Assembly: GCA_963674965.2 (NCBI GenBank)
Contig: CAXXFL010000007.1
Location: 938,379-1,002,378 of the forward strand
DNA: 64,000 nucleotides
Reading direction: 5' to 3'
From: a bacterium
Lineage (GTDB): Bacteria; RBG-13-61-14; DATKZS01
Part shown: positions 46,721-56,366 of the stretch, piece after piece
How positions within the stretch are numbered: the first letter of the stretch is position 1
Layout of the letters: each line of letters opens with the position of its first letter
The notes under the pieces: model-generated
Database searches by the model: none
What the model saw: the letters and a program-made list of their open reading frames with translations, nothing else
What the model was told of the DNA's origin: nothing
Program-made: the position numbers and the translations under genes

Positions 46721-48280
46721 ATGAACGCACACAAAACTCCCTTTACCATCCTGGCCATCGGCCGTTTCGGACTGACTCCGGAGAGCGGCTACAAACCGGC
46801 GATAATCGAGATGAACGCGGACGACCTGAACGCCGCCGTCGCGGAGGTCTCGCCGTCGGTTTTCGTTACCCTTCCCAGGAGGCTCATCCCCTCGGGGGCC
46901 GTGGACGTGAAGATCACGTCCATGAAGCAATTCCATCCGGACGGTTTGGTCAAGGCGTCCGAGCCGCTAAGCGCCATGCTCGAGTCCAGGGACTATATAA
47001 GGGAATCGATCAAGAAGGGGCTCTCGGCGGGCGAGATATTCGAGGGCCTGAAGAAATGGCCCGCCCTGCCCGTCGAGATCGAGCACGCTCCCGCCGACGC
47101 CAAGCCGGCCTCCAAAAGCGCCGTGGACGACGTCCTGAACATGGTGGCCGCGGGCGGAAGCGGCGGCGGCTCGTCGGCCGAGCCCCCGTCGTGGGCGGAG
47201 AAAATCGGCCGGGTCCTCGAGGAGACGCTCTTCCATATCTTTCTTAACGAGGACTTCAGGGCTTATGAGGCCGCGTGGCGTGGAGCGGAGCTTCTGGCCA
47301 AGCGGGGCAAGGCGGGCGGCAAGGTCCGTCTGAAAATCGTTAACGCTTCCATGCCCGTCCTGGCCGATTGCCTGGACGGGATCGAGGACCGCCTGTTCGA
47401 GGACCCGCCCTCCGTGATCCTTATCGACCTGCCCTTCGACGGCTCGTCCTCCACCATGGAGGTCATGGAAAAAACCGCCGCCCTGGCCGAAACCCTCCTC
47501 ATACCGGCCATCGTCACCATTAACGAAAAATTCATGCATCTCGAGAGCTGGAAGGAAATGGGAAAGCTGCCTTACATTCCCCATCATTTCGACGACGCGT
47601 CCTACGCGAAATGGAAAAAACTAAGGGGCGCCTCATCCTCGAACTGGATGGCCGCGACCGTCAACCGCTTCATGGCCCGGGACGCCTACGGCGAGGAAAA
47701 CAGCCCCCGAAGCGTCAACCTCAAGGAGGAATGGAACACCCTGGCCGGGGCGCCGTGGGCGCTTGGCTGTCTTATCGCTTCTCGCGTGAACGAGACGGGC
47801 TGGCCCACGCGCTTCACCGATTACAATATCGCCAAACTGGACGGCCTGGCGGTGGCGGGCGATGAAGGGGAGAGGCCATCTCCCGCGGAGATCGACCTCG
47901 AGGTGGACCGCGTGAACCAGTTCCTTGACGCCGGCGTTATTCCTCTTATCGGGCCTTCCGGCAAGGACTTCGTTTTTTTGTCCGGCGCCGTTTGCGTCTC
48001 GGGGGAGTCCCTGGCCTATCAGCTCCTGCTTTCCCGCATGATAAGCATCCTGCTGGCGGCCAAGGACGAAAGCCGGGAGGGGGCCTCGGCCGAGGACGTT
48101 CGCGCCCTGTTAAAGGACGTTTTCTCCAAGGTCTGGATCGAGACGGGTTACGACGTTCCCGAGGACCTGGAGGTCACGGTCGAGGAAACCGGCGGCCCCA
48201 TGGCCGTGAGCGTTTCCATGACGCCGCCCGCCAAGGTCTTGTCCACCGGGAGAAAGATAGAACTGGGGCTGAACTGGTAG
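46721..48280 (+). CDS. TssB-like plus TssC-like fused contractile-sheath-related protein
   Basis: N-terminal PFTILAIGRF..SMKQFHPDGLV resembles TssB; FHIFLNEDFRAYEAAWRGAELL, KWKKLR, NRFMARDAYG, TGWP resemble TssC. Confidence 0.72.
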   Translation: MNAHKTPFTILAIGRFGLTPESGYKPAIIEMNADDLNAAVAEVSPSVFVTLPRRLIPSGAVDVKITSMKQFHPDGLVKASEPLSAMLESRDYIRESIKKGLSAGEIFEGLKKWPALPVEIEHAPADAKPASKSAVDDVLNMVAAGGSGGGSSAEPPSWAEKIGRVLEETLFHIFLNEDFRAYEAAWRGAELLAKRGKAGGKVRLKIVNASMPVLADCLDGIEDRLFEDPPSVILIDLPFDGSSSTMEVMEKTAALAETLLIPAIVTINEKFMHLESWKEMGKLPYIPHHFDDASYAKWKKLRGASSSNWMAATVNRFMARDAYGEENSPRSVNLKEEWNTLAGAPWALGCLIASRVNETGWPTRFTDYNIAKLDGLAVAGDEGERPSPAEIDLEVDRVNQFLDAGVIPLIGPSGKDFVFLSGAVCVSGESLAYQLLLSRMISILLAAKDESREGASAEDVRALLKDVFSKVWIETGYDVPEDLEVTVEETGGPMAVSVSMTPPAKVLSTGRKIELGLNW

Positions 48281-48293
48281 CCAAAAAGGCCGA

Positions 48294-49070
48294 TCAGCGC
48301 AACTTGGCCACGAAAACCTCGGCGTCGTCCTCTTCGGAAAAAGACCCGAAGAGCAAAGAGTCGGGCGTCTCGCGGACGCGAAGGAAATAAGAGGTCTCCA
48401 CGTCCACCGGGTTCTTGACGGCCCAGGCGGTGTATTCCTTGTCTCCCAGGTTGATCTTGAGTCCCTTCATGGGATAGTTGAGGATCATCTTGTCCATGGG
48501 AAGACGTCCTTTCGGACCGACGCCATGGGCGTCAATGTCTCCCTCTGAAACGCCGAGCATGGCCCCTTGCCAGGGACCGTTGGCCGGTCCGACCTCGAAC
48601 CACAGCCCGATGCCGGCTATCCCGTGCACGTCCATCCGATAATCGGCCTCCGCCGGCTTAAAGGGCTTGCTGGTGGCGGCCACCACTTTGGCCCCCACCG
48701 TCGCCGAGGAAAGGGGAAGCACCTGGGCGTGCTTTAGCGGCGTGGGAATATCCTCCTCTTTGGGGGCCGCCCCCCCGTGAAGGACCATGGTGGGAAACCC
48801 GTGACCCCTGGCCGCCTGGACCGTAATCGAAAGAAGCGATAGTCCGAAGACCGTGTCCGGGGCCGAAAGCTCATCGCCCGGCGCGGCGATTATCCACATG
48901 GCCACGTCCTTGTCCAGGAGGATTTCCCTCGGGCCCATCCAGTCCATCTTCTCCAGGTTGTCGCTCCAGAAGTGGCCGTCCACTCCCAGGCCGTAAGTCG
49001 CGATATTCTGCATGAGCTTTTGCGCCGTTTCCTCGTTCTTGGATAAGATGCTTATAAATACTTTCTTCAT
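48294..49070 (-). CDS. T6SS-linked hypothetical protein with TIR-like N-terminal region
   Basis: Last gene in the T6SS transcription direction; MKKVFISILSKNEETAQKL..DW..IPTPLKHAQVL. Confidence 0.6.
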   Translation of the reverse strand: MKKVFISILSKNEETAQKLMQNIATYGLGVDGHFWSDNLEKMDWMGPREILLDKDVAMWIIAAPGDELSAPDTVFGLSLLSITVQAARGHGFPTMVLHGGAAPKEEDIPTPLKHAQVLPLSSATVGAKVVAATSKPFKPAEADYRMDVHGIAGIGLWFEVGPANGPWQGAMLGVSEGDIDAHGVGPKGRLPMDKMILNYPMKGLKINLGDKEYTAWAVKNPVDVETSYFLRVRETPDSLLFGSFSEEDDAEVFVAKLR

Positions 49071-49181
49071 AACCGGTCCCTTCAGTGTTTTCTTATATCT
49101 TACCTGATTCACTCCGCCGCAACCAAAATCATAACACGGCCGCCTTGGCAATTGACAATATGTCCGCGCCCTTCCACCCGC

Positions 49182-49586
49182 CTACTTTAAAATGATCACC
49201 TTGAACTGGGCCGGGGCCAGAGTCGCGCCCGGGACGTTTAAACTCATGCCGTTTTGTCCGGTCATGCTCGTCATCTTGGTAACTGGCATGCCCTCGTAAA
49301 ACACGCCGAAGCTTCCAAGCAGATGCTTGTGCGGTCCCATTACCATGCCGGAGGCCACGCCAAGCGCCACGCCCGCGTTGTCCCCATTGCTTATGGTCCC
49401 CTGCGTCTTCATGGTATGGGCGGGCATGCAGGAGAGGAAAACCTTGGTGGACGCCGTGCCGGGGTTGGCGGTCATGCCCATGGAAACGTTCGGATATGGT
49501 ATGGGCACGGGCCCGGCCGGGGTCGGCGTGTTGCACACGTCGGGAAAGGCCACGTTGACCCCTCCCATCTGACAGTTGGCGAACAT
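49182..49586 (-). CDS. DUF4150 PAAR-like spike protein
   Basis: AFPDVCNTP..PVPIPYPN, SNGDNAG..GVASG, QNG..N..G..P.QFKV. Confidence 0.92.
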   Translation of the reverse strand: MFANCQMGGVNVAFPDVCNTPTPAGPVPIPYPNVSMGMTANPGTASTKVFLSCMPAHTMKTQGTISNGDNAGVALGVASGMVMGPHKHLLGSFGVFYEGMPVTKMTSMTGQNGMSLNVPGATLAPAQFKVIILK

Positions 49587-49595
49587 GACTTGCTC

Positions 49596-50246
49596 CTATC
49601 CCATGAATATCTTGTCGCCGTCGATCCTGACGTCCTCCCTGGCGGTCACGATCGCGTAGCCGCCCCTCAAGGACATCAGCTTTTTCACCGCGTAATCGAG
49701 ATGGCCCGCCTGTAAATGGTCCGTCTCCGAAATCCACCGATAGCTCCGTTTTACCTTCTGGCTGACCCGGTCCAGGACCGAGTCCAGGCTCCTGCCCACC
49801 AGCTTGATCTTCTCGAAGTTGCCCTCGATAAGGCCGCTGAAAAACCGAAGGTCCTCGACCGTCGCCTCGGCCCGAGCCGCGTTGATGCAAAGCTCGCCCG
49901 AGACGAGCCTCGTTTTGCCGGCCGTCACCGCCTCGATCCCGTCGCGAGCGGCGGCCCGGAGCTTTCCTTCTCCCGCCTTTATCTCGACGTCGCGATCGAA
50001 GCTGAGCGAGTAGGCCGCGTCGCCCTCCCTCTCGAGGACGGACAGGACGTAGGTACGGCCAAAAGAGTCCCGGCTTAAAAGCACGACGTCGCCCGCCTCC
50101 GGCTCGACCACGCAGCCCGCGGCGCGCCCGGCCTTGAGGCTCCCTTCTCCCGCGGCGACGACGTAGGACCCATCCTCTTTTCCCATCACCTTGCCGTAGG
50201 CCAGGGCGATTTCGACGTTACTTATTTTCATAACCGGCTTTTCCAT
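49596..50246 (-). CDS. DUF3540 T6SS-associated protein
   Basis: RAAGCVVEPEAGDVVL..YVLSVLER; TAREDVRIDGDKIFMG; start re-assigned to ATG 50246. Confidence 0.87.
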   Translation of the reverse strand: MEKPVMKISNVEIALAYGKVMGKEDGSYVVAAGEGSLKAGRAAGCVVEPEAGDVVLLSRDSFGRTYVLSVLEREGDAAYSLSFDRDVEIKAGEGKLRAAARDGIEAVTAGKTRLVSGELCINAARAEATVEDLRFFSGLIEGNFEKIKLVGRSLDSVLDRVSQKVKRSYRWISETDHLQAGHLDYAVKKLMSLRGGYAIVTAREDVRIDGDKIFMG

Positions 50247-50263
50247 CGTTGCCTCCAATTTCC

Positions 50264-51331
50264 TTACTCGGCGGGCCTGAAATCCTCGGCCTCGGCGCGG
50301 TCCTTGTCGGTCCCAAGCGCCTCCGACTTGTTCGCTCCCTCCCACCTGGCTCCTTCCGCCTTGACGCGGTGGAGTACGGCGCGATGCATCTTGCAATCCC
50401 TCAAGTCCGACTCGGTAAGGTCCGCCCCCGAAAAGTCGCAGTAGGTCAGGTCGGCCCCCTTGAAGACCGAGCCCTTGCACGAGGCCTTTTTAAACCCGCT
50501 CTCGTAAAGGTTGGCTCCCGTAAAATCGGCGCCCTCGAGTTTCGCCTCCTCGAAGCAGGCGTTCATAAGCTCGGCCTTTTTCAGGGTGGCCCCATTAAGG
50601 GCGGCCCGCAGGAAGATGGCGTATTGCGCCTTGACATTGTCAAGTTTCGCGTTATCCAGGCGAGCGTCCATGAAGTTGGCCTGGGTCAGGTCGCAGCCGG
50701 TAAGGTCCGCGCCGGTAAGGTCCGCGCCGATGAACTGCACGCCCTTCAGCGTCATGCCGGCAAGGTCCATGCCGGACAAGTCGACCCCGAAAAGCACGGC
50801 CAACTCGAAGGAGGCCCCCTTTAAAACCGCGCCCGAGGTTTTCGAGTTTATCAAGATGGCGGCGAAAAAAACCGCGCCCGTAAAGTCCGCCCCCACAAGG
50901 TCCGACTCGTAAAGAAGCGTGGTCTTGAGGTTGGCCCCCCGCAATTTGGCGTTCTTCAGAATCGCCCCGTTCAGGGCCGCGGTGTCGAGATCGGCCCCGG
51001 AAAGGTCCGCGCCCTCGAGGTTCGCCTCCGGCAGGGCCGCGTCCTTTAAGTTGGCCCCGCTCAGGTTGACGCCGGCCAGCTCGGAAAAGGTTATCTTGGC
51101 CGACTCGGCGTTGACCCGGGAAAGATTCGCGCCGCTCAGGTCAGCGGCGTTGAAAATCGACTCGCGCAGATTGGCCCCGGAAAGGTTCGCGCCAACCAGT
51201 TTCACGTTCTCGAAGACCGCGCCCGAGAGGTCGGCGCCCGAAAAGTCCGCGCCCGAGAAGTCCACGTTCTCGATGAACTCGCCGTCTTTGATCCTGGCTT
51301 CTATCTCCCGGCGGTTCATTTCGGTCTCCAA
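50264..51331 (-). CDS. Pentapeptide-repeat protein (TagB-like)
   Basis: Continuous A(D/N)(L/F)xG pentapeptide repeats. Confidence 0.92.
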   Translation of the reverse strand: METEMNRREIEARIKDGEFIENVDFSGADFSGADLSGAVFENVKLVGANLSGANLRESIFNAADLSGANLSRVNAESAKITFSELAGVNLSGANLKDAALPEANLEGADLSGADLDTAALNGAILKNAKLRGANLKTTLLYESDLVGADFTGAVFFAAILINSKTSGAVLKGASFELAVLFGVDLSGMDLAGMTLKGVQFIGADLTGADLTGCDLTQANFMDARLDNAKLDNVKAQYAIFLRAALNGATLKKAELMNACFEEAKLEGADFTGANLYESGFKKASCKGSVFKGADLTYCDFSGADLTESDLRDCKMHRAVLHRVKAEGARWEGANKSEALGTDKDRAEAEDFRPAE

Positions 51332-53904
51332 TGCTCGATCTTGGTTTTCTTGAGGTTGGTCTCCTCGAACCTGGTGTCGCCCAGCTTGGCCCGGAACACC
51401 TCGGCGCCGTAAAGGTTGGCCCTCGAGAAGTCCGCCCTCGCCAGCCTGGCCTTGGCCAGGGAGGCCTCCATCAGATTGGCGCCCGTAAGATCGGCGTCCG
51501 TCAGGTCCGACTTGTCGAACCTGGCCTGAAGAGCGTTAGCGCCCTTGAACTTCGCCGAGGCAAGGTTGCAGGTTAAAAAAGAAGCCAGCTCGAGGTTGGC
51601 GCCGGAAAAGTCCGCGCCCGAGGCGCTCGTCTCGACCAGGGCCGCCTCTTTCAAATCCGCTTTCTTAAAGCCGGCCCGGTTGAGAGTCGAGTCCTTGGCC
51701 GCGCAAAGCTTCATGGCCTTCGCCTCGTTGAAGACGGCCCCGTCCGCGTTCGACTCGACCAGCACCGCGGCCTTGAGCGTGGCCCGGCTCAGGTCGGCCC
51801 CGGCGAGGTTGCATTTGAAAAAGATGGCGCTCGTAAGGTCGGCCTCCGACAAGTCGGCCCCGGCGAGGTCGGCCTCCAGGAAGACGGCGTCATGAATGGA
51901 CGCCTTATTAAGCTTCGCGTCCGAGAGCCTGGCCTCCATGAAATCGGCCGAGCTCAAATCCGCTCCCGAGAAGTCGGCCCCACTCGCGTCGGACATGGCC
52001 AGCACGGCCGACGCCATCCTCGCGTCATTGAACCTGGCCCCTTTAAGCGCGGCCACGCCCAAGTTGGCCCCCTCCAGGTTGGCGCCCGCCAGGTTGGCCC
52101 CCTCCAGGTTGGCCCTTACCAGAACGGCCCCTCGCAGGTCGGCCCCGTTAAGGTCGGCGCCCGCGAGGTTCGAGCTTTCCATCAAGGCGCCGCGAAGGTC
52201 GGCCGAGGCCAGCGACTCTCCCGCCAGGTCCACGCCGCACAGGTCCAGGCCGGCCAAGCCCTCGCCCCGCGACGTCCGGCCCTTCACGAGTTCTCGCGAA
52301 GCTTTCTTTTCATCCTCATTGGGGAGGGCAAGTTCCGGGAGATGATGGCCGTGTTTCCGGTATCCCTCCGCCGCGACCTCCTCGGCCTTCCTGAGCTTAT
52401 TCTCGATCTCGGGGTCGTTCACCCCCAGGGCTCGCATCTGGGCTATCTGTTCCTCCGCGTTGACCAGGGGCCTTTTCACTCCCGCTCTTTTCGCGTCCTC
52501 CATTAGTTGGTCGAAGTCGAGTCCCATTTGGGCGCAGGCATCCTTGGCGCTTTTCAAGGCCTTTTCTTTTTCCTCCATGGCCTCGGCCCGGGCTTTCTCA
52601 ATGACGACGTCAAGCTCCTTCAGGTCCTCGAGGGTCAGGTCCTCGAGTTGGGGCTGCTTTTTCGGCAGGACTTCGTCAGGGTCCAGGCCGAAGCTTTTTA
52701 TCGTCTCCCTCGATCTTTCCATCTCGGCCTCGGCCCTCTTCTCCATGTTTCTTTGCAGGGGCGAGTCCTTTTTCGAGGCCAGGGCCTCCTCGATCATGAC
52801 CGTGAAGGGGGAGGCGTCGCCCTCCGCGATGAGGTCGCTCTCGTTGAGGTAGACCTTGGGGTCCGCGTCCTCCCCGACCCTTTTTGCGAGGGCCGCCTTA
52901 TAATGATCGAGCGTCCGCGGAGCGGCGCCCATCCTCTCGTAGGCGACGAGGGAACAACTCACGTCGCTCGCCTCGTCGTCCGCCACCTCGCTGACTCCTC
53001 GGTAGACGACGATCCCCTTCTCGGCGGCCGGAAACAGCCACACGGTGTCGAGCCGCGTTTCGATTTCCTGGAAAACCTCGGCCCCGTCCTTTATCCGGCT
53101 GAGGAAGCAGCGGGACTTGATCCCGGGCAGGCGGGAGCTGACGGAGGGCTTCTCCGGATGCATGCCTCCGATCTCGAATTCCTCGTCGCCCCTGAAGAAT
53201 CCCTGAATCCACTGGTCCTCGGCCGCCTCGTTGAAAAAGGTGAAGTCCATGTCCCGGGCCAGTCCGGGAAACAACTCGTTCTGCCAGTGTTCGTCGTAGG
53301 TCCCGGCCCGCTTCAGCCTCCTCGGCCAGGACATGCCCGTCGGTCCCAGCGAGGCCGGCCGGGGCCTGTCCTTGGGCGAGGCGACGAGGGAGTCGGCGTA
53401 CTCGATATTGGGGAGAGGATGATACTTCTCGCCCTCCTCGGACATGAGTTCGGCGAAGCCTTTTCCGTCGGGGTTCTCGTCATAACCCTCGCCGCCAAAG
53501 GCCCGTTTATAGGTGATCCTCATTTCGGCGAACGGCTCGGGCTCGGATATGTCCCGCGAAACGCCGCCCGCCCGTACCCAGTACCTGTCCCCAAACACGT
53601 AGAGCCTTTTACTGATCGGACCCAGCCGAAACCGGACCTCGAGGGCCTGGGCCGGCTTCCCCGCGGGAGCGTAACATTTGCCCGCCACCAGCGCCTCGCC
53701 GTTGGGCTTGGGCATGCACGGGTCCAGCGCGGTCTCCTTGCCAAGCTCCGAGACCACGAATTTCCAAAGGTCGATCTCGGACGGGATATGGGAGTGGTCA
53801 TTAAAGTCGAACATGGTGAGTATTACCGCCGTGAGAAAGAACCTGTTCCCGTCCTCATATACCTTGTACATGAAACTCTGGTTGAATGGCTTTACAAGCT
53901 TCAT
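51316..53904 (-). CDS. DUF2169 plus pentapeptide-repeat protein (TagAB-like)
   Basis: LDPCMPKP, KRLYVFGDRYW, AFGG..NPDGKG, LPNIE, AGTYD..W, LDTVWLFP, followed by pentapeptide repeats. Confidence 0.92.
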   Translation of the reverse strand: MKLVKPFNQSFMYKVYEDGNRFFLTAVILTMFDFNDHSHIPSEIDLWKFVVSELGKETALDPCMPKPNGEALVAGKCYAPAGKPAQALEVRFRLGPISKRLYVFGDRYWVRAGGVSRDISEPEPFAEMRITYKRAFGGEGYDENPDGKGFAELMSEEGEKYHPLPNIEYADSLVASPKDRPRPASLGPTGMSWPRRLKRAGTYDEHWQNELFPGLARDMDFTFFNEAAEDQWIQGFFRGDEEFEIGGMHPEKPSVSSRLPGIKSRCFLSRIKDGAEVFQEIETRLDTVWLFPAAEKGIVVYRGVSEVADDEASDVSCSLVAYERMGAAPRTLDHYKAALAKRVGEDADPKVYLNESDLIAEGDASPFTVMIEEALASKKDSPLQRNMEKRAEAEMERSRETIKSFGLDPDEVLPKKQPQLEDLTLEDLKELDVVIEKARAEAMEEKEKALKSAKDACAQMGLDFDQLMEDAKRAGVKRPLVNAEEQIAQMRALGVNDPEIENKLRKAEEVAAEGYRKHGHHLPELALPNEDEKKASRELVKGRTSRGEGLAGLDLCGVDLAGESLASADLRGALMESSNLAGADLNGADLRGAVLVRANLEGANLAGANLEGANLGVAALKGARFNDARMASAVLAMSDASGADFSGADLSSADFMEARLSDAKLNKASIHDAVFLEADLAGADLSEADLTSAIFFKCNLAGADLSRATLKAAVLVESNADGAVFNEAKAMKLCAAKDSTLNRAGFKKADLKEAALVETSASGADFSGANLELASFLTCNLASAKFKGANALQARFDKSDLTDADLTGANLMEASLAKARLARADFSRANLYGAEVFRAKLGDTRFEETNLKKTKIEHWRPK

Positions 53905-53946
53905 CGTTCTTTCCGGCGGCCGGTCATTATCTTCCCTACCCGGCCG

Positions 53947-56232
53947 TCAAGGCGTGGTTATCTCGATGGGCTTTTTAAGCTTGAACCCGCCCGTGTCCAG
54001 CTTGACTATGGGGTTCTTCAGCTCGAACTGGTAGTCCTTCATGGTCATCTTCTTGCTCTTGATATCGACCGTGCCCATGGTAAGGGAGAGGGCGATGTTG
54101 ATGCCCAGCCTCATGGCCAGGGCAATGTCGATGCCGATGCCTCCCGTGAGCTTGAGGTATGGAGTGCCCAGGGAGAGCTCGAAGAGCGGCCCGATAAACA
54201 CGCTGTACTTGGGCCCGGCGTAGGCCGAGTTCTGGCTCCCGGTCGTGAACTGCACGCTGTTGCCGCCGACGGTAATGGAAGTGTTGCCTCCAACGGTCAG
54301 GGCGTAGTTGGCGCCGATGGTGGTCGTCTCGTTGGCGCCCACGGTTATGGTCCGGTTGGTCGCGGCGGTAATGGTCTGGTCCTGGGCCACGGTCACCGAT
54401 TGCTGGGCGTTGGCGTTAACGGTCTGGTTGCCGGTTACGGTGACGGTTTGGGTCCCGACCACGTCCACGGTCTGGTTTCCTCCCACGTCCTGGTCGTGGT
54501 TTCCTCCCACGTCGTGCGTATGGTTGGAGCCGACCGTCTCGTTGTGGTTCGAGCCCACGTCGGTGGTGAGGTTATTGCCGATGGACTCGGTCATGTCGTT
54601 TCCGATGGTGACCTCGGCGTTATTGTCGATCGTCACCTGGCCGTCCTGGTCGGTATGAAGCTGTATCTCGGGGTTGGGCGCGCCCAGTTGGAGGTGGGTG
54701 TTTTGAGGGGGAGAGTACATGTAAATCCTTTGCTGCCCGCTCTGGTCCTCCATTTCCATCTTGTTGCCGCCCGCGCTCAGTATGGAGTTGATGGTCGAGT
54801 TCTGGTCGATAACGACGTTGGGGTTGAGCGCGTCGGGCAGGACCCCCGAGATGACCGGCCGGTCGGGGTCTCCGTCCACGAAGGAAACGATCACGTCGGC
54901 GTTTTTTCTGAGGGGAAAGTGAAAGCCCTCGTTGGGTCCGGCGTAGGGCTGAGCCATGGGCACGAACCCCGAGGCCTTGCTTCCGCCGGAGGCCGACCGG
55001 TCGAACGCGAACAATACCTTGTACCTCCCCTGGTCGTCTATCTCCGCGTAGTTGCCCGAGCCGTCCGCCCCGACCACGGCGTTCACGTGCCCGAAGAACC
55101 TGGGCTTGGGAGTGACCCGGGCCGCTCGGAACTGGACGTCGTGGGGAATGGCCTCGAGCTTGTTCCTGTAAAAGGCCCTTCTTTCCTCCTCGGACAGGGC
55201 CAGGCGCAGGCCGGACATAAGAAGGGCCGCCTGGCTGCCCTCGTGCTCGATGGAGGTAAGGAGGTATTCCCGGTTGACCTCGTCCCTGTAGTGGCCGGTT
55301 ATCTCGAAGTAATACCCCACGCGAAGATGAAAGGCCCCGCCCTCGCCGTAAAACATTTTCTGGCGGCAGAGGATTTCCTCGGCCCTTACGGCCGCGAAGT
55401 CGTTGGCCTGGGCCTCGTCCTCGAGTTCCTCGCCGAAATAATAGACCTCCCCGCCCGAGCCGGCCGCCTGGGCCTCGCCTCCCGTGAAAGCCTCGCCGGC
55501 CACGAAGGGGGTCGTGCTTTCGTAGTTGAAGGTCTGAACGGATATCTTGTTGGGGATGGGCTTTTGTCTCCAGATGAAGGAGGTCAAGGAAGGACGGCCC
55601 GCGTCGGTCTCCATGCCGGTGGGCGGAAGATAATGGATCGTTTTCTCCCCCTCAACGTCCTGATGCACGTCGCGCGAGTCGGTTATAACCATAACGTCGC
55701 CGGCGGCCGTCTGCTCGAAAAAATAGTACATGCCCGCCTTTTCCATCCAGCGGGAAATGAAGTTGAAGTGGGTTTCCTGGCACTGGCAGACGTACTCGAT
55801 CTCCGGATAGGTCATGGAAAGCTCGAGCTTGTAGTCGGAGCTGGTAAGGCCAGCGCTCTCGAGGACCTCCTCGATGATCTGGTCCAGGGTTTTGCTCAGG
55901 AAGACCCGGGTGGACTGATAAAGCGTCAGGTGCCAGACCCTGGGTACCAGGACGGCCCTGTAGAAGAAGTTGCCGTCAACTTCCCTTTGCAGCTCGAAGC
56001 TCGAGAGCACTCCCTTTATGGGCACGTTCTTGCTCTCGTCCAGGTAAAGGACGGCCTTTTGAGTGAGCATGTCGCTCGGCTGAACTTCGCCGTCGCCCGA
56101 CATGAGGGTAATATCGAACTCGTAGAGTCTCGAGAGTCCCTCGATCCCCTTGAAGTTCACGACCTCGAAGCCGCCGTCGACCGAGGCGTCGGTTTCAAAG
56201 GAGTACCTTCTGTCCTGGAAGTAATCCACCAT
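53947..56232 (-). CDS. vgrG: T6SS spike VgrG
   Basis: EGLSRLYEF, QETHFNFISRWMEKAGMYYFF, DDQGRYKV, HFPLRKNADV.V.F.DGDPDRPVI, gp5-like TVGxN beta-helix repeats. Confidence 0.95.
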   Translation of the reverse strand: MVDYFQDRRYSFETDASVDGGFEVVNFKGIEGLSRLYEFDITLMSGDGEVQPSDMLTQKAVLYLDESKNVPIKGVLSSFELQREVDGNFFYRAVLVPRVWHLTLYQSTRVFLSKTLDQIIEEVLESAGLTSSDYKLELSMTYPEIEYVCQCQETHFNFISRWMEKAGMYYFFEQTAAGDVMVITDSRDVHQDVEGEKTIHYLPPTGMETDAGRPSLTSFIWRQKPIPNKISVQTFNYESTTPFVAGEAFTGGEAQAAGSGGEVYYFGEELEDEAQANDFAAVRAEEILCRQKMFYGEGGAFHLRVGYYFEITGHYRDEVNREYLLTSIEHEGSQAALLMSGLRLALSEEERRAFYRNKLEAIPHDVQFRAARVTPKPRFFGHVNAVVGADGSGNYAEIDDQGRYKVLFAFDRSASGGSKASGFVPMAQPYAGPNEGFHFPLRKNADVIVSFVDGDPDRPVISGVLPDALNPNVVIDQNSTINSILSAGGNKMEMEDQSGQQRIYMYSPPQNTHLQLGAPNPEIQLHTDQDGQVTIDNNAEVTIGNDMTESIGNNLTTDVGSNHNETVGSNHTHDVGGNHDQDVGGNQTVDVVGTQTVTVTGNQTVNANAQQSVTVAQDQTITAATNRTITVGANETTTIGANYALTVGGNTSITVGGNSVQFTTGSQNSAYAGPKYSVFIGPLFELSLGTPYLKLTGGIGIDIALAMRLGINIALSLTMGTVDIKSKKMTMKDYQFELKNPIVKLDTGGFKLKKPIEITTP

Positions 56233-56366
56233 TTCCCGCTTCCTCCAATCAAGGGCGGACGGCGGCCAAGCCGGAAAATAATAAACCCCGGCCTAGCCGA
56301 TGCCCGTCTACTCTTCCCAGGGGAAGAGCGTTCCCCCTATTTGGCCATGGGCCGCCTTTCGATCCT

